Positions 9,500-19,560 are shown, counted from the stretch's first letter. The stretch: DNA of 64,000 bases from Methanomassiliicoccales archaeon (GCA_004377185.1 SOIM01000036.1:11890-75889), one strand, 5' to 3'. The notes: generated by a model from the letters alone, not told the origin. Program-made: numbers and translations.

Positions 9500-10975
9500 T
9501 CAACCCTTTACAACTCCCATGGGGCGCATCCTTGCTATCATCCTGGATATCCCAGCTCCGTGCGCAATCCTTACAACGTCCTCAATGTCCTTGTACGCGT
9601 CCGGGGCTTCCTCAACTATCCCGTCCTTGCTCGCGGCCCTTATGTAGATCCCTCTCTGACCGAGAAGATCCTTGACCTGGTCCACCCGGAATCTCCTCGT
9701 AGCTGCCTTTCTGGACATGACCCTTCCAGCGCCGTGACAGGTGGAGCCCCAGGTCTCCTTCATCGCATTGTCCGTACCGATGAGCAGGAAGCTGGCCGTC
9801 CCCATGTCACCCGGTATCAGAACTGGCTGACCCATGTCCCTGTACTCCTGCAGAACTTCCTCCCTGTCCTTTCCGAACGCCCTGGTCGCCCCCTTCCTGT
9901 GTATGCAGAGCTTCTTTCTCTTCCCGTTCACATCATGCTCCTCGATCTTCGCGATATTGTGGGCCACGTCATAGATGACCCTGAGACCGAGATCCTCCGC
10001 GGGCTGTCCGAAGACCTTCTCGAAGGACTCCCTGATCCAGTGCAATATCATCTGTCTGTTCGTCCATGCGTAATTGGCCCCGCAGGCCATTGCTTTCAGG
10101 TAGTCCTGACCCTCGTCCGAATTGACCGGGGCGCAAGCGAGCTGCCTGTCCAAGAGATGTATGTTGTATTTCCTTCCCGCACGCTCCATCACCCTGATGT
10201 AATCGGAAGCTATCTGATGTCCGCACCCTCTGGAGCCAGTGTGGATCATAACCACCACTTGGTTCTCGTGGGTGACCCCCCACTTCTTTGCGATCTCTGG
10301 CTCGAATATCTTGTCCACTCTTTGTATCTCGAGAAAGTGGTTGCCTCCGCCCAGGCTTCCAAGTTGCGGTTTCCCTCTTTCGATAGCTCTATGGCTGACC
10401 TTCTCGGAGTCCGCGATGGAATAGCACCCGTTCTCTTCCAGATGTTCCAGGTCATCCTCCCATCCATATCCTTCTTCCACCGCCCATCTGGCACCGATGT
10501 CCAGCACTGTCGTGAGCACCTTGGTGTCCACCCTGACCTTGCCCTTTGAACCCACTCCGGACGGAACGTTCTCGAACATCTTGTTGATGATCTCCTTGAT
10601 CTTGGGCTTCACGTCCTTATCATCCAGATTGGTTGTGAGCATTCTTACCCCGCAGTTTATGTCGAAACCCACGCCTCCCGGAGAGACCACTCCCTCCTCG
10701 AGGTCGAACGCAGCCACGCCTCCTATCGGGAATCCGTAACCCCAGTGTATGTCCGGCATGGCCATGGAATTGCCCACTATCCCGGGGAGCGTCGCGACGT
10801 TCGCAACCTGCTCTAGAGCATTGTCCTTGACCACGGACTTCATCATCTTCTCGTCCGCGTAAATGATTCCATCTGTGCGCATCTCCTTTTTGTACTTCTG
10901 AGGGATCACGTAGCGGAAACCGTCCAGTTTCTGAATGGGCCCCTTCCATGGATGCATTTTTTCACCTTCAGTCAT
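9500..10975 (-). CDS. rtcB: RNA-splicing ligase RtcB (tRNA ligase).
   Basis: Canonical RtcB motifs: [23 protein letters not shown], and the GTMG[TS]ASF-like GDMGTASF. 491 aa, so no intein insertion. Confidence 0.9.
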   Translation of the reverse strand: MTEGEKMHPWKGPIQKLDGFRYVIPQKYKKEMRTDGIIYADEKMMKSVVKDNALEQVANVATLPGIVGNSMAMPDIHWGYGFPIGGVAAFDLEEGVVSPGGVGFDINCGVRMLTTNLDDKDVKPKIKEIINKMFENVPSGVGSKGKVRVDTKVLTTVLDIGARWAVEEGYGWEDDLEHLEENGCYSIADSEKVSHRAIERGKPQLGSLGGGNHFLEIQRVDKIFEPEIAKKWGVTHENQVVVMIHTGSRGCGHQIASDYIRVMERAGRKYNIHLLDRQLACAPVNSDEGQDYLKAMACGANYAWTNRQMILHWIRESFEKVFGQPAEDLGLRVIYDVAHNIAKIEEHDVNGKRKKLCIHRKGATRAFGKDREEVLQEYRDMGQPVLIPGDMGTASFLLIGTDNAMKETWGSTCHGAGRVMSRKAATRRFRVDQVKDLLGQRGIYIRAASKDGIVEEAPDAYKDIEDVVRIAHGAGISRMIARMRPMGVVKG

Positions 10976-11120
10976 CTATGATGTGGTTGCTTAAATTGTT
11001 TTGGGGGATTCTGGTGTTGTTCTCTCATTGTGTTCGGACCCGGGCGGTTCCGTGAGGAAAGAGGTGAGAAAAGCTCTTTGTGACAGGTCCAGTCATATGA
11101 GGGACATCTGTCGGGTTGCT

Positions 11121-11132
11121 ATCAATATTGAT
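11121..11132. promoter_or_regulatory. Perfect 12-nt palindrome ATCAATATTGAT in the divergent rtcB / zinc-ribbon-gene promoter region; candidate operator.
   Basis: Seen directly in the sequence. Lies in a 200-nt AT-rich intergenic region between divergent genes. Confidence 0.3.
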
Positions 11133-11180
11133 AAAAGTAGCATAAAGGTTTTTCCAATGTCCAATAGATAGCCGACCGTT

Positions 11181-11903
11181 ATGTCCTCTCAGAGCAGAGC
11201 CCGTTATCCCGTCCAGACTTCGGTTGGACCACGGATTCGGACAAAGGAAGATATCAATCATATTCTGATGCAGATGCAGAAAAGGGAGGCGATGGTGAAA
11301 ACCCTCCAGAGAAAACTGGCCATCAAAGGAGCCACGCTGAACAAGGCCGAGAAGAAACTGAGGAAAAGGTCGGAATTTCTGGATGCTTGGGAGGTCAGCC
11401 TCAAGACCAAGGAAGTCGAGATGGTCTCAGAACGGGACGAGATAGAAAGGCTGAAGAGGCTTTTGAGGAAAGTGGGCGAGGACCTCCTGGCCCTGTCGGA
11501 GAGGACGGAGCCAGATTTCGAGAGCATTTCCATCGATGAGGATATCATAGAGGATATGACTCTCCGGGAGGAGCCAGAGGAGAAGAAGTCCTTCTTGGGA
11601 TTGTTCAAGGGCAAGTCGAAGAAGTCCAAGAAGATCTTCAAATCTCCACCGAGGCGTAGACCTCCCCCCTCAAAGGAGAGGCAGGCGCTTCGAGAAGCAT
11701 TGGAAGCCAAGAGAGAAAGGCTGAGGTCCCAATCCGCTGAAGAGCTTACATTGGAAGATATCGAAGAACCGCTGGAAGATGAATTGGGCGTTGAATTGGG
11801 CGAAGAGGAAGCGGTCTATTCCTGTCCCGCCTGCGGAACCGAGATCTCCTTGAACGATGAGGTCTGTTCGGGCTGTAATGCGGAGTTGAATTGGGGCACC
11901 TGA
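11181..11903 (+). CDS. Coiled-coil protein with C-terminal zinc-ribbon (CPACG...CSGC). Start uncertain; an internal ATG lies near 11268.
   Basis: K/E/R-rich heptad-like region, acidic stretch, terminal CxxC...CxxC. No recognisable family. Confidence 0.4.
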   Translation: MSSQSRARYPVQTSVGPRIRTKEDINHILMQMQKREAMVKTLQRKLAIKGATLNKAEKKLRKRSEFLDAWEVSLKTKEVEMVSERDEIERLKRLLRKVGEDLLALSERTEPDFESISIDEDIIEDMTLREEPEEKKSFLGLFKGKSKKSKKIFKSPPRRRPPPSKERQALREALEAKRERLRSQSAEELTLEDIEEPLEDELGVELGEEEAVYSCPACGTEISLNDEVCSGCNAELNWGT

Positions 11904-11944
11904 TCCCGCACGCTTTTCCTTCCATGGTGCGAGTCTTTTGAGAA

Positions 11945-12493
11945 TCACAGGATGTTCCCGATGGACGATCCGAAGAAGCTGAGAACGCCTTCTATGAACG
12001 CTAGAATGGAGACGATGAATGCAACCGGCCTCCAGCCTATTATCTTTGCCAAGAAATCCAACACGAACTCCAGCGCCCTCAGAGGAAAGAAGACTACGAG
12101 GAATATCACGAAGAAGATTATTACAAGCCCCCACGGAACGAGCCAAGACAAGATTGGTTCGGGAAGGAACTTATAGAGGAGATAGACCACTAGCCCAGCG
12201 ACGGCCAGGGCCAGAATGAGGGACCATGTCAGGTTCTCAAGAGGCTTTAGGACGAGGACAAATCCCGTAATCAGGAATATCACCAAGAATGCCGTTCCGT
12301 ATCCGCCGTTGAGGAATGTCAAACCAACAACGACCAAAGCCAGGATGCCGAAGAAGAAAGCGATGATGAGGAAAACCTTGTCCGCGATCATGGTGTCCTC
12401 TCTTCTGAGAAAAGCAAGCAACATCAACGCGATCGCACACATGATGAGAACAATCGAGGGAACCGGGTGTTGGGTAAGGAATTCAAGTGCCAT
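11945..12493 (-). CDS. Integral membrane protein, 5-6 TM, unknown function.
   Basis: Strongly hydrophobic 182-aa ORF. The overlapping plus-strand ORF 12216..12722 looks like an antisense artefact. Confidence 0.4.
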   Translation of the reverse strand: MALEFLTQHPVPSIVLIMCAIALMLLAFLRREDTMIADKVFLIIAFFFGILALVVVGLTFLNGGYGTAFLVIFLITGFVLVLKPLENLTWSLILALAVAGLVVYLLYKFLPEPILSWLVPWGLVIIFFVIFLVVFFPLRALEFVLDFLAKIIGWRPVAFIVSILAFIEGVLSFFGSSIGNIL

Positions 12494-12579
12494 CAGGGTT
12501 CATTATGAGAATCCTAATAAATGTTCTTTCGTGCGATATGTTCAAGTAAGCATATCAGCTTATCCATTGCGTCCGAGGA

Positions 12580-13092
12580 ATGGTGAGGTTGGAAGAAGAC
12601 CGGAAGAGCAGCCCCAAGAAGTTGGTAATCATCGCTATTACCATCGCAGTCATTGTTGTGGTTTCGGTGGTCCTCTGGGAGTTCGTCCTGAGAGACTTCT
12701 TCAAAGGCGGAGAGGGCACTGAGTATGAGATCGAGATGTGGCAGGGTGACCAAAGAATCGGTGTGGTCAAGATGTCTAAATTGGAGACTCTACCCACCGT
12801 TAGCTATCTGGACGTTTTCAGTGACAGAGATGACGTAATTGATGAAGGTCCTCTTGTGAAGGATGTCATCCTCTTGAGGATTAATGAGAGCTCTTTGACG
12901 AATGAGACGTCCATATACATAAAAAGCGATTTGACTGGTGAGGAAAGGACGATATCCTGGGGTGAGATTTCCAATATTTCAAAATCATATATACTGGATT
13001 TCACAAAGAGAGGAACTACTAAGTTCAGCTCACCAGAAACAGAAAAGAATGAAAGGGTGAGAGACGTTACCGAAATCAGAATAGGAGTGTAG
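12580..13092 (+). CDS. N-terminally membrane-anchored hypothetical protein.
   Basis: One TM segment (LVIIAITIAVIVVVSVVLW) followed by a hydrophilic domain. Confidence 0.35.
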   Translation: MVRLEEDRKSSPKKLVIIAITIAVIVVVSVVLWEFVLRDFFKGGEGTEYEIEMWQGDQRIGVVKMSKLETLPTVSYLDVFSDRDDVIDEGPLVKDVILLRINESSLTNETSIYIKSDLTGEERTISWGEISNISKSYILDFTKRGTTKFSSPETEKNERVRDVTEIRIGV

Positions 13093-13098
13093 GAAACA

Positions 13099-13713
13099 GT
13101 GAGAACCGAGACGCCTTCGATATCACAGAGAATAGAGAAAGATGCTGCGGTTCTTAGTGGATATGAACATCTGAAGGGGTGGCTGTACTCGGTCGCTGTG
13201 ATTGCCTGCTTTTCCGTATTTGTGGCGCTTTCCAAAGGTTATCTCAGAGTGCCGTTACACATTCCTGGCCACAGTGCTATCTATGTAATCCCGCTGCTGT
13301 TAGTGGGAAGACTGGCCTCGAAGAACAGATTCGGTGGAATGGGGATAGGATGCCTTTCCGGAGGGATAATGGCATTTACCGGGATTGGTGGTGGATTCCT
13401 CTTGGCAATACCTCGCTACCTCCTGATGGGCGTCGTCATTGACCTTCTCCTCTGGAAGGAATGGACGCGGGAGAACATGACTGTCGTTGTTGTTGCAGGA
13501 GCGTTCGCGAACATCGCCAAGTTCCTAATGGGAATGGTCATCGCAACTCTTATCGGAATACCGGCGTTCTTCATACAGTTGGGAATGACGTACTCTCTCG
13601 TGACGCATCTGGCCTTTGGTGTGGCGGGCGGTCTGGTCGCGTTTGGGGCATTGAAAGCGGTCAGACATGTCCAGAAAGGCGTAACAAAGAGAAGTCAAAG
13701 GACGACTGGGTAA
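13099..13713 (+). CDS. Small polytopic membrane protein, possibly an ECF-transporter S-component.
   Basis: 204 aa, about 6 TM, Gly-rich helices. Family assignment is from memory only. Confidence 0.35.
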   Translation: MRTETPSISQRIEKDAAVLSGYEHLKGWLYSVAVIACFSVFVALSKGYLRVPLHIPGHSAIYVIPLLLVGRLASKNRFGGMGIGCLSGGIMAFTGIGGGFLLAIPRYLLMGVVIDLLLWKEWTRENMTVVVVAGAFANIAKFLMGMVIATLIGIPAFFIQLGMTYSLVTHLAFGVAGGLVAFGALKAVRHVQKGVTKRSQRTTG

Positions 13714-14423
13714 TAGGCTCCGTCCTTTTCGACCACAAAGAGTACTGGTTTTCCATCAATACGGCTCGGACGTATCCTATCGGCCATTGCCACCGAGCCT
13801 TCTGTCAGCCTTCCCCCCTCATCCAAGAGCACTGTGTCTATCCCCATCTCTCCAAGTCTTGCTGCCGAGACCGTCCCTTTCAGTTCTCTCAGCCCTTTGA
13901 GCATGACGTATCTTCCGTCGCTTCCAGATGAACAAAGCCCTATTCCAGCAAGTGCACCGATTACGCCATCGCCGCTCCCACCGATTTCCTCCAGTCTTAT
14001 GTTTCCTTCTTCAGCTACGTTTAGTGCATCTTGCTTTGTGAGAACCTCCCTTTGAGTCTTCAGACCGAAGTCCACTATGGATTCTGGAACCGTCTCCGCC
14101 ATCGCCAGTCCCGGGTCGCTTCCTTCTTGGAACCGATCCACAATGATTTCTTTGACCGCTTCGAACACGTCAAAATCTAGAGACTCGGCCGATCTGGCCA
14201 TTATGACATTGCAGCTGTTTCTTTTGGTATATCTTATAGAAGGATGTATGAACAACTGATGTCGCGTGATGCCAAGGACGTCCAAATCCAGTATTCGAGC
14301 GATTCTCCTGGCCAATCTTCCAGTTCCCTCTCCTCCCACAACATCCGTGTCGTCAATGGATATGAACAAGCGGCCTCTCATCTTGGGTGGTTGAATGAGG
14401 CGGAAGGAAATATGTTTTGCCAT
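13695..14423 (-). CDS. Short TiaS-like (DUF1743-type) domain protein.
   Basis: N-terminal LFISIDDTDVVGGEGTGRLARRIARIL recalls the TiaS N-terminal I-D-D-T-D motif. C-terminal GVIGALAGIGL recalls the TiaS G-L-I-G-A-L-A segment. At 242 aa it is far shorter than TiaS (~420 aa). Confidence 0.35.
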   Translation of the reverse strand: MAKHISFRLIQPPKMRGRLFISIDDTDVVGGEGTGRLARRIARILDLDVLGITRHQLFIHPSIRYTKRNSCNVIMARSAESLDFDVFEAVKEIIVDRFQEGSDPGLAMAETVPESIVDFGLKTQREVLTKQDALNVAEEGNIRLEEIGGSGDGVIGALAGIGLCSSGSDGRYVMLKGLRELKGTVSAARLGEMGIDTVLLDEGGRLTEGSVAMADRIRPSRIDGKPVLFVVEKDGAYYPVVL

Positions 14424-14429
14424 GGGCCA

Positions 14430-17021
14430 CTATCGAACAACCTCAAGGTCCCCGGAGATCAATGCCGCCTGCCTCTCGTCCAGGCTCTGAAGGTTGAAGG
14501 GAATCAACAAGGTTGTTCTCCCAACACCGACTGAGTCCGTGAGGGAATGGATGAGCTTCAGGACCTTTCTGAAGTCGTTCTGAGCTATGAGGTATTCGAG
14601 CCCGTCGATCAAAATGAAGTTCCGGCCCCCTTTGTTCTCACTGAGGAACTTCTCTACCTGACTAAAGATTGCACCCAGGTTCGTTGGAACCATTCCACCC
14701 TTGTCGAAGTCTCTGCTGAGCCAATGAACCTTTGCTCCAGACAGATCGTACTGCTTCTTGAGATTGGGGGGATAGGTACGGGTGAAGCAAAGCCCATTCG
14801 ACCCTTCTTCCATCTCGGAGATCAATGTCTCGAAGCTTCTCTTGCGTCCGTCCTCTGCGAGGATATACCCCTTGCCTTCCTCGGGCTTGAATTCGAAAGG
14901 CTCCGAGACCTCGTCCGAGGGTTCCGGCTCCTCTCTCCGCTTCTTGCGCCGTTTTGCCCACAGTGCCAGTAGGATGGCTAACAGAACAACGACGATTGGA
15001 AGTATGATGGCTATCATAAGAAGCTGTGCGGATAGATCGTCACCACCATTCCCTCCATTGGGAACAAAGGCCAGATATCCCTCAAATCCCTCTGTGTGGG
15101 ATACGGACATGTGTACTGTTCGGAGATTGTTAGTGATGTTGTATCTGTCCAAAGTCACGTTCAGCTGAATGGAAGTGAGTGTCGGGTTCCCGGGACCGGA
15201 GAAGGTCTCGTACAGTACAACTTGCCACTTGACCCACCCTCCAGAATCAGTGAACTTGGGCAATATCGGCACCTGGTCCAGTATCAACTGCACGGAGGAG
15301 CCGGCAAGCGGTTGACCGTCTGTGTCGTAAACCCACACGTCCAGGAAGTTCTGGACATAGAGCCAGGACCCGGACGAAACAGCAACCAATGTGTCGTCGA
15401 AACTGCAGTTCAATGCCGTGACGGTTGATCCTCCGCTGACTCGGAAGCTCTCAGGCGAGGAAGTGATTGTTGAGTTCATCATCAGCACATCATGTGTTGT
15501 TGTGAAAAAGAGTATCCCACTCGAGATCGTATCCCGCGAGAACGTTAGATTTGTGGATAGTGATATCCAAAAGGCGAAGACGTCTGCGTTGATTGCACTC
15601 CCTTCAACTAGGAAATCCTGTGAACTTTCCAGTCTTATGCCATTATCCACCGCAGATATCACATTGTCTTTGATGGTAAGAGAGGAGCTACTCGCCCATA
15701 TCCCCCTCCCGCTGATCGCGAATATATGATTCCTTTCAAACGTTCCATCCGTATCGTCAACCACCACACCGTCATTGCATCGGAGAATCTCTGAGTCCAT
15801 CAGATTGAGCGTCGATTCGAAGGCATAGACCCCTCGGTCTGAATCAATGACAACCAACCCAGAAAGGGAAACCACGGACTGGTATATCTCAATCCCGCTG
15901 ACCGAGGAGTTGGTTATCTTTATGTTTGCAAGACTGGGCGAGGCGCTGTTGAGCACGATTCCCTGCTGAGAGTAGTTCACTTTGATGTGGTTAAGAACAG
16001 ATTCTGCGTCTACGCTCTCATCCTCAAAGAAAACCCCTTTCCAGTCTCCCTTACTCGCTGGGTAGGAATATGATGTTAGGGTTATATTCGAAGTCGAAAA
16101 GCCCTCCATCACCAGAGTACCTCTTACTGTCAAGCTGGCATCTGGGCAGAACCTAATTGTAGATCCCGCTAGTACAGTGAGCTTGACATCAGACTCTATA
16201 GTGATGTTGGCGCACACGCCGAAGGGGCTGTCGGTGAGATTCCATTCCTCATTGCTAGTAATGGATTGGTTCTTCCAGGTTTTGACCCTCCTTGGGATCA
16301 CATCAAAGTAGGCAGTGTCACTCAGAGGTGCAACTCCCTCGTAGGAGGCCACAACCTCGAAATTGGTGCCAACGAAATTTATAGTCCAGTAGCTGTAAAC
16401 CTCAACAGAGCCGTTGGTCTCTATGCTGATTGGTGTTTTCGTCTCGTTGAAAGCTTCAGAACCGTTAGGATAGTTCCACACAAAGGAGACATTGTCCAGG
16501 TATGTGCCATTGCCGAGGAAGGTCAGGTTGGCAGATGCCTTGGCGGTTGTGCCGTTTTCGTAGAAATTACTGTTGAGGGATAGGTTGAGGGAATCTACAT
16601 ACACAGCATCCTCATAGTGTGAGACGTTGAAGTAGGTCTCATCAAACTCGGTCGAAATATTGTGTATGCCCTTCACTCTGAAGCCAGTCCCGGTCATATT
16701 GGATGTCCAATTGCTGAATGCCCCAAGGTACTTGGTGTTACCTATCTGGTATGGGATTGTCTCCAATGTCTTGTTGAAAATTGTCACATTTGCTGGGGTG
16801 AACCATTCAAAAGTCATCGTCAGATTGGGCGGGGATCCAATAGAACCAGTCCACTCGATGATAAACCTTGCTTGAACAAGCTCTCCAATGAAATGGTCAG
16901 TCTTGTCAGTGGACACTTCGGCAGTATCCCCAGTGATGGGTGCCTGAACAGTCACAGGCACCATGATTCCCGCTAGCAACAAGATTAGAGCTAACAGGGT
17001 GCGTAAGAGCGAGCCACGCAT
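14430..17021 (-). CDS. Large exported right-handed beta-helix (NosD-like) surface protein with one C-terminal TM helix and a cytoplasmic DUF835-like domain.
   Basis: Signal peptide MRGSLLRTLLALILLLAGIMVPVTVQA. Many N-x-S/T sequons and beta-helix repeats. TM LLMIAIILPIVVVLLAILLALWAKRRKKRRE. The ~170-aa cytoplasmic tail (GYILAEDG...ILIDGLEYLIAQNDF...LLIPFNLQSLDER) resembles the archaeal DUF835 family. Confidence 0.6.
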   Translation of the reverse strand: MRGSLLRTLLALILLLAGIMVPVTVQAPITGDTAEVSTDKTDHFIGELVQARFIIEWTGSIGSPPNLTMTFEWFTPANVTIFNKTLETIPYQIGNTKYLGAFSNWTSNMTGTGFRVKGIHNISTEFDETYFNVSHYEDAVYVDSLNLSLNSNFYENGTTAKASANLTFLGNGTYLDNVSFVWNYPNGSEAFNETKTPISIETNGSVEVYSYWTINFVGTNFEVVASYEGVAPLSDTAYFDVIPRRVKTWKNQSITSNEEWNLTDSPFGVCANITIESDVKLTVLAGSTIRFCPDASLTVRGTLVMEGFSTSNITLTSYSYPASKGDWKGVFFEDESVDAESVLNHIKVNYSQQGIVLNSASPSLANIKITNSSVSGIEIYQSVVSLSGLVVIDSDRGVYAFESTLNLMDSEILRCNDGVVVDDTDGTFERNHIFAISGRGIWASSSSLTIKDNVISAVDNGIRLESSQDFLVEGSAINADVFAFWISLSTNLTFSRDTISSGILFFTTTHDVLMMNSTITSSPESFRVSGGSTVTALNCSFDDTLVAVSSGSWLYVQNFLDVWVYDTDGQPLAGSSVQLILDQVPILPKFTDSGGWVKWQVVLYETFSGPGNPTLTSIQLNVTLDRYNITNNLRTVHMSVSHTEGFEGYLAFVPNGGNGGDDLSAQLLMIAIILPIVVVLLAILLALWAKRRKKRREEPEPSDEVSEPFEFKPEEGKGYILAEDGRKRSFETLISEMEEGSNGLCFTRTYPPNLKKQYDLSGAKVHWLSRDFDKGGMVPTNLGAIFSQVEKFLSENKGGRNFILIDGLEYLIAQNDFRKVLKLIHSLTDSVGVGRTTLLIPFNLQSLDERQAALISGDLEVVR

Positions 17022-17342
17022 GTAATCCAGTCGTAGTATTATCTGGTATGGTTATATTACTTTCGCGATTATTGATGAAATGGAGAACAAATCTGGCTGT
17101 CCCAGATTCACCTTTTCTTACATATTTCTGGATAAGTGGTAGTTGGTAACTGATTTGGTGAGCACCAAATCTCCATTATATACTCACAGTCCAATATGCG
17201 GAGCAGAGCAGTAATTTCCTCATATCTTCTGAGAGGGGGGAACGTCTGCGGGCGCCGAGGAGGGGCGCGTAGCCGGAAACGGCGGTTCCATCCCGGTGGG
17301 ATGGAATACAAATACCCAACGCCTTGAGGAGGAAGGCAAGAA

Positions 17343-19109
17343 ATGGCAAGAAACAGGAACAAGGTTGTAGTCACGATAATAGCCGCTTTGATGGCACTCT
17401 CGTATCTACCGCTCGTTTCGTCCGCTGGGTCCACAGGCCATATCTGGCTGGACTGTGACCCGGGGGAGAAGGCTCGAGGGATAGGTGGATGGCCCGCTGG
17501 GGGCATAATCTGTCCAGCGGACTATGAACCGAACCTCGTATACACCTTCACCATAATCGTGGAGAACCGCGGCAAGGAGCCTCTTATGGACCTGAGGTTG
17601 GCCATGGCAATTCACGGACCGGATCCACCACCGCCTGAGACCACTTCGGACGACTTCGTGAGCATTCAGATTGAGAGTTCTATCCACTATCTCGGCGACT
17701 TCGGCTCGACCGAGTACAACCCGTTCGATGAGTCCTTCGGTGGAAGACACCACGTTTATGTTGGAACGGATGCAATCTGGGACATCTACCACCATGCACC
17801 CAATGTGATTCCGGCAAAGAGCGTGGCATATCTGACAGCGACCGTCACACTGGGACGGGCTCCGAGTGATGACTTCGAGATACATTTCGACGCATTCGAC
17901 ACCATAACGGAGTACAAGTCACCCAACGGGCACGACATCACCTTCATATCTGGCGCTAGGATTCCCGTAGACAAGGAACCGCCAGTAGCCTGTATAGTGG
18001 GCGGAGATGAGATCACCGTCTACGAGGGCGATGAGGTGACCTTCGATGGCTCCTGCTCCTACGATCCAGATGGATGGATTGTCAGCTATGAGTGGGACTT
18101 CGACGCCAATGTCGACTCGGACGGGGACGGAAACTCTGAGAACGATGTGGATGCCACTGGCATGATTGTGACCTTCACCTGGTACGACGACTATGAGGTC
18201 GACGTGAGCCTGACCGTGACCGATAATGACGGCCTGCAGGATACTGCATACCAGCACGTGTTCGTTCTGAACGTTCCACCGGAACTTGAGTTCGAGGGTG
18301 CGTTCATAGAGTTCGAGCTGAGCCTGAGGCTTACGGGTGAGAAATGGCACAACGTTGAGCTAAAGGTGTACAAGAACTACGATCCTGAGACTGGTGACTT
18401 CGAAGAGGAGCTGGGTGCACTGGAAGTCGAGAGATGGCCTGGACCTCCAGACCAGAACCCGAGCAGTGGCACATCACTCCTGGTAAGCGTGGACATCAGT
18501 GGGCAGGACACCTACACAGCTGTGGTCACCTACGATCCTTTCGAGGACAATGGTGACGCGATACTCGGCGACCAGCCGATCAACGGACAGCTGTGGGGAG
18601 CAAACCCTGTCCAGCTCGTAGCCACCTTCCCTGACGGGACGGAGTGCAGGAAGCACCACACCTTCAACGTGCAGCAGTCGATCAAGAGGGACAGCGACCA
18701 TTGGAACCATGTAGAACCCTGGATCGTTAACCTGACCGTTGGTGCCGTGGCAGGAGTTCCGATAAAGTTCGTGGCGACCGCAACAGATCCTGGTAGTGAT
18801 GACCTCACTTTCGACTGGGACTGGGGCGACGGAAACTGGACGTCCAATTTGTACCTGTACGACCCGATTAGGGGACCCGACCCGGCATTCCCGCCAGGCA
18901 GCCCCTACGAGCCGCTAGGTGCACCTTGGGACCCATGGTACACGAACTACACCGGACAGCTTCCGCCAATAGTGATCACGGACATAGTCTACCATACGTA
19001 CGGTGCTGAAGGGACATACACTATCACCCTGACCGTAACGGATGACGACGGTGGAACAGCAACCTACAGCTTCGAGCTAGAGATTAGCGGTCACTTCGGT
19101 GGCTGCTAG
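17343..19109 (+). CDS. Secreted PKD-domain protein.
   Basis: Signal peptide. PKD signatures VTFDGSCSYDPDGWIVSYEWDFD and TFDWDWGDGNWTS, plus YTITLTVTDDDGG. Confidence 0.65.
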   Translation: MARNRNKVVVTIIAALMALSYLPLVSSAGSTGHIWLDCDPGEKARGIGGWPAGGIICPADYEPNLVYTFTIIVENRGKEPLMDLRLAMAIHGPDPPPPETTSDDFVSIQIESSIHYLGDFGSTEYNPFDESFGGRHHVYVGTDAIWDIYHHAPNVIPAKSVAYLTATVTLGRAPSDDFEIHFDAFDTITEYKSPNGHDITFISGARIPVDKEPPVACIVGGDEITVYEGDEVTFDGSCSYDPDGWIVSYEWDFDANVDSDGDGNSENDVDATGMIVTFTWYDDYEVDVSLTVTDNDGLQDTAYQHVFVLNVPPELEFEGAFIEFELSLRLTGEKWHNVELKVYKNYDPETGDFEEELGALEVERWPGPPDQNPSSGTSLLVSVDISGQDTYTAVVTYDPFEDNGDAILGDQPINGQLWGANPVQLVATFPDGTECRKHHTFNVQQSIKRDSDHWNHVEPWIVNLTVGAVAGVPIKFVATATDPGSDDLTFDWDWGDGNWTSNLYLYDPIRGPDPAFPPGSPYEPLGAPWDPWYTNYTGQLPPIVITDIVYHTYGAEGTYTITLTVTDDDGGTATYSFELEISGHFGGC

Positions 19110-19125
19110 CCAGTCAACCAACATT

Positions 19126-19148
19126 CTCTCTCTTTCTTTTTTTGAGAG
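19126..19148 (+). terminator. Hairpin + T-tract terminator after the 17343..19109 gene.
   Basis: CTCTC-tctttcttttttt-GAGAG, with a 7-T run at 19137-19143. Confidence 0.4.
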
Positions 19149-19221
19149 TGCCAGAGTGCGAACCAGATTGAAAACTATATAAGCGCACGATTAGGTTAGT
19201 TCAGTATTATCTGTTTAGAAC

Positions 19222-19560
19222 TTGATAGACTCAATCCTCAAGGGGATAGGTATGAGAGCTCCTAAGAATGAGTCAAGAAGAATCTCTGTCGTATCAATTC
19301 TCACGCTAACCCTTTTCATGGCCATATTGGCCCCTCTCATGAGTTTCCCCGAGGTTTCTGCAATCACATGGGACCCAATTGAGGAAATCAGCGATGACAA
19401 GAGAATCGAATACCAGAGGTATCCAGCCATCGCTGCAGACGGTGGGAAGGCCTATGCCGTTTGGGCGGATAACGGAGACAAGGATTACGACATTTTTGTC
19501 AGAGAGCATGATGGAGCTGCTTGGCAGCTAGAGGTGAAGCCAGGAAAGCAACTGGACTAG
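19222..19560 (+). CDS. Small signal-peptide protein; possibly an N-terminal fragment of a beta-propeller/BNR-like surface protein.
   Basis: Signal peptide then AADGGKAYAVWADNGDKDYDIFVREHDGAAW. Stops after 112 aa; downstream frames are closed. Confidence 0.3.
   Translation: MIDSILKGIGMRAPKNESRRISVVSILTLTLFMAILAPLMSFPEVSAITWDPIEEISDDKRIEYQRYPAIAADGGKAYAVWADNGDKDYDIFVREHDGAAWQLEVKPGKQLD

Noticed and set aside
9326-10549. 407-aa plus-strand ORF.
   Set aside because: Antisense to rtcB, which has unmistakable conserved motifs. It is Ser/Leu/Pro-rich low-complexity sequence.
9500-10975. Possible intein in RtcB.
   Set aside because: At 491 aa the length matches an intein-free RtcB and the motifs are contiguous.
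13461-13931. 156-aa Cys/His/Arg-rich ORF.
   Set aside because: It overlaps the ECF-like membrane gene and the TiaS-like gene in other frames, and its composition is typical of an out-of-frame translation.
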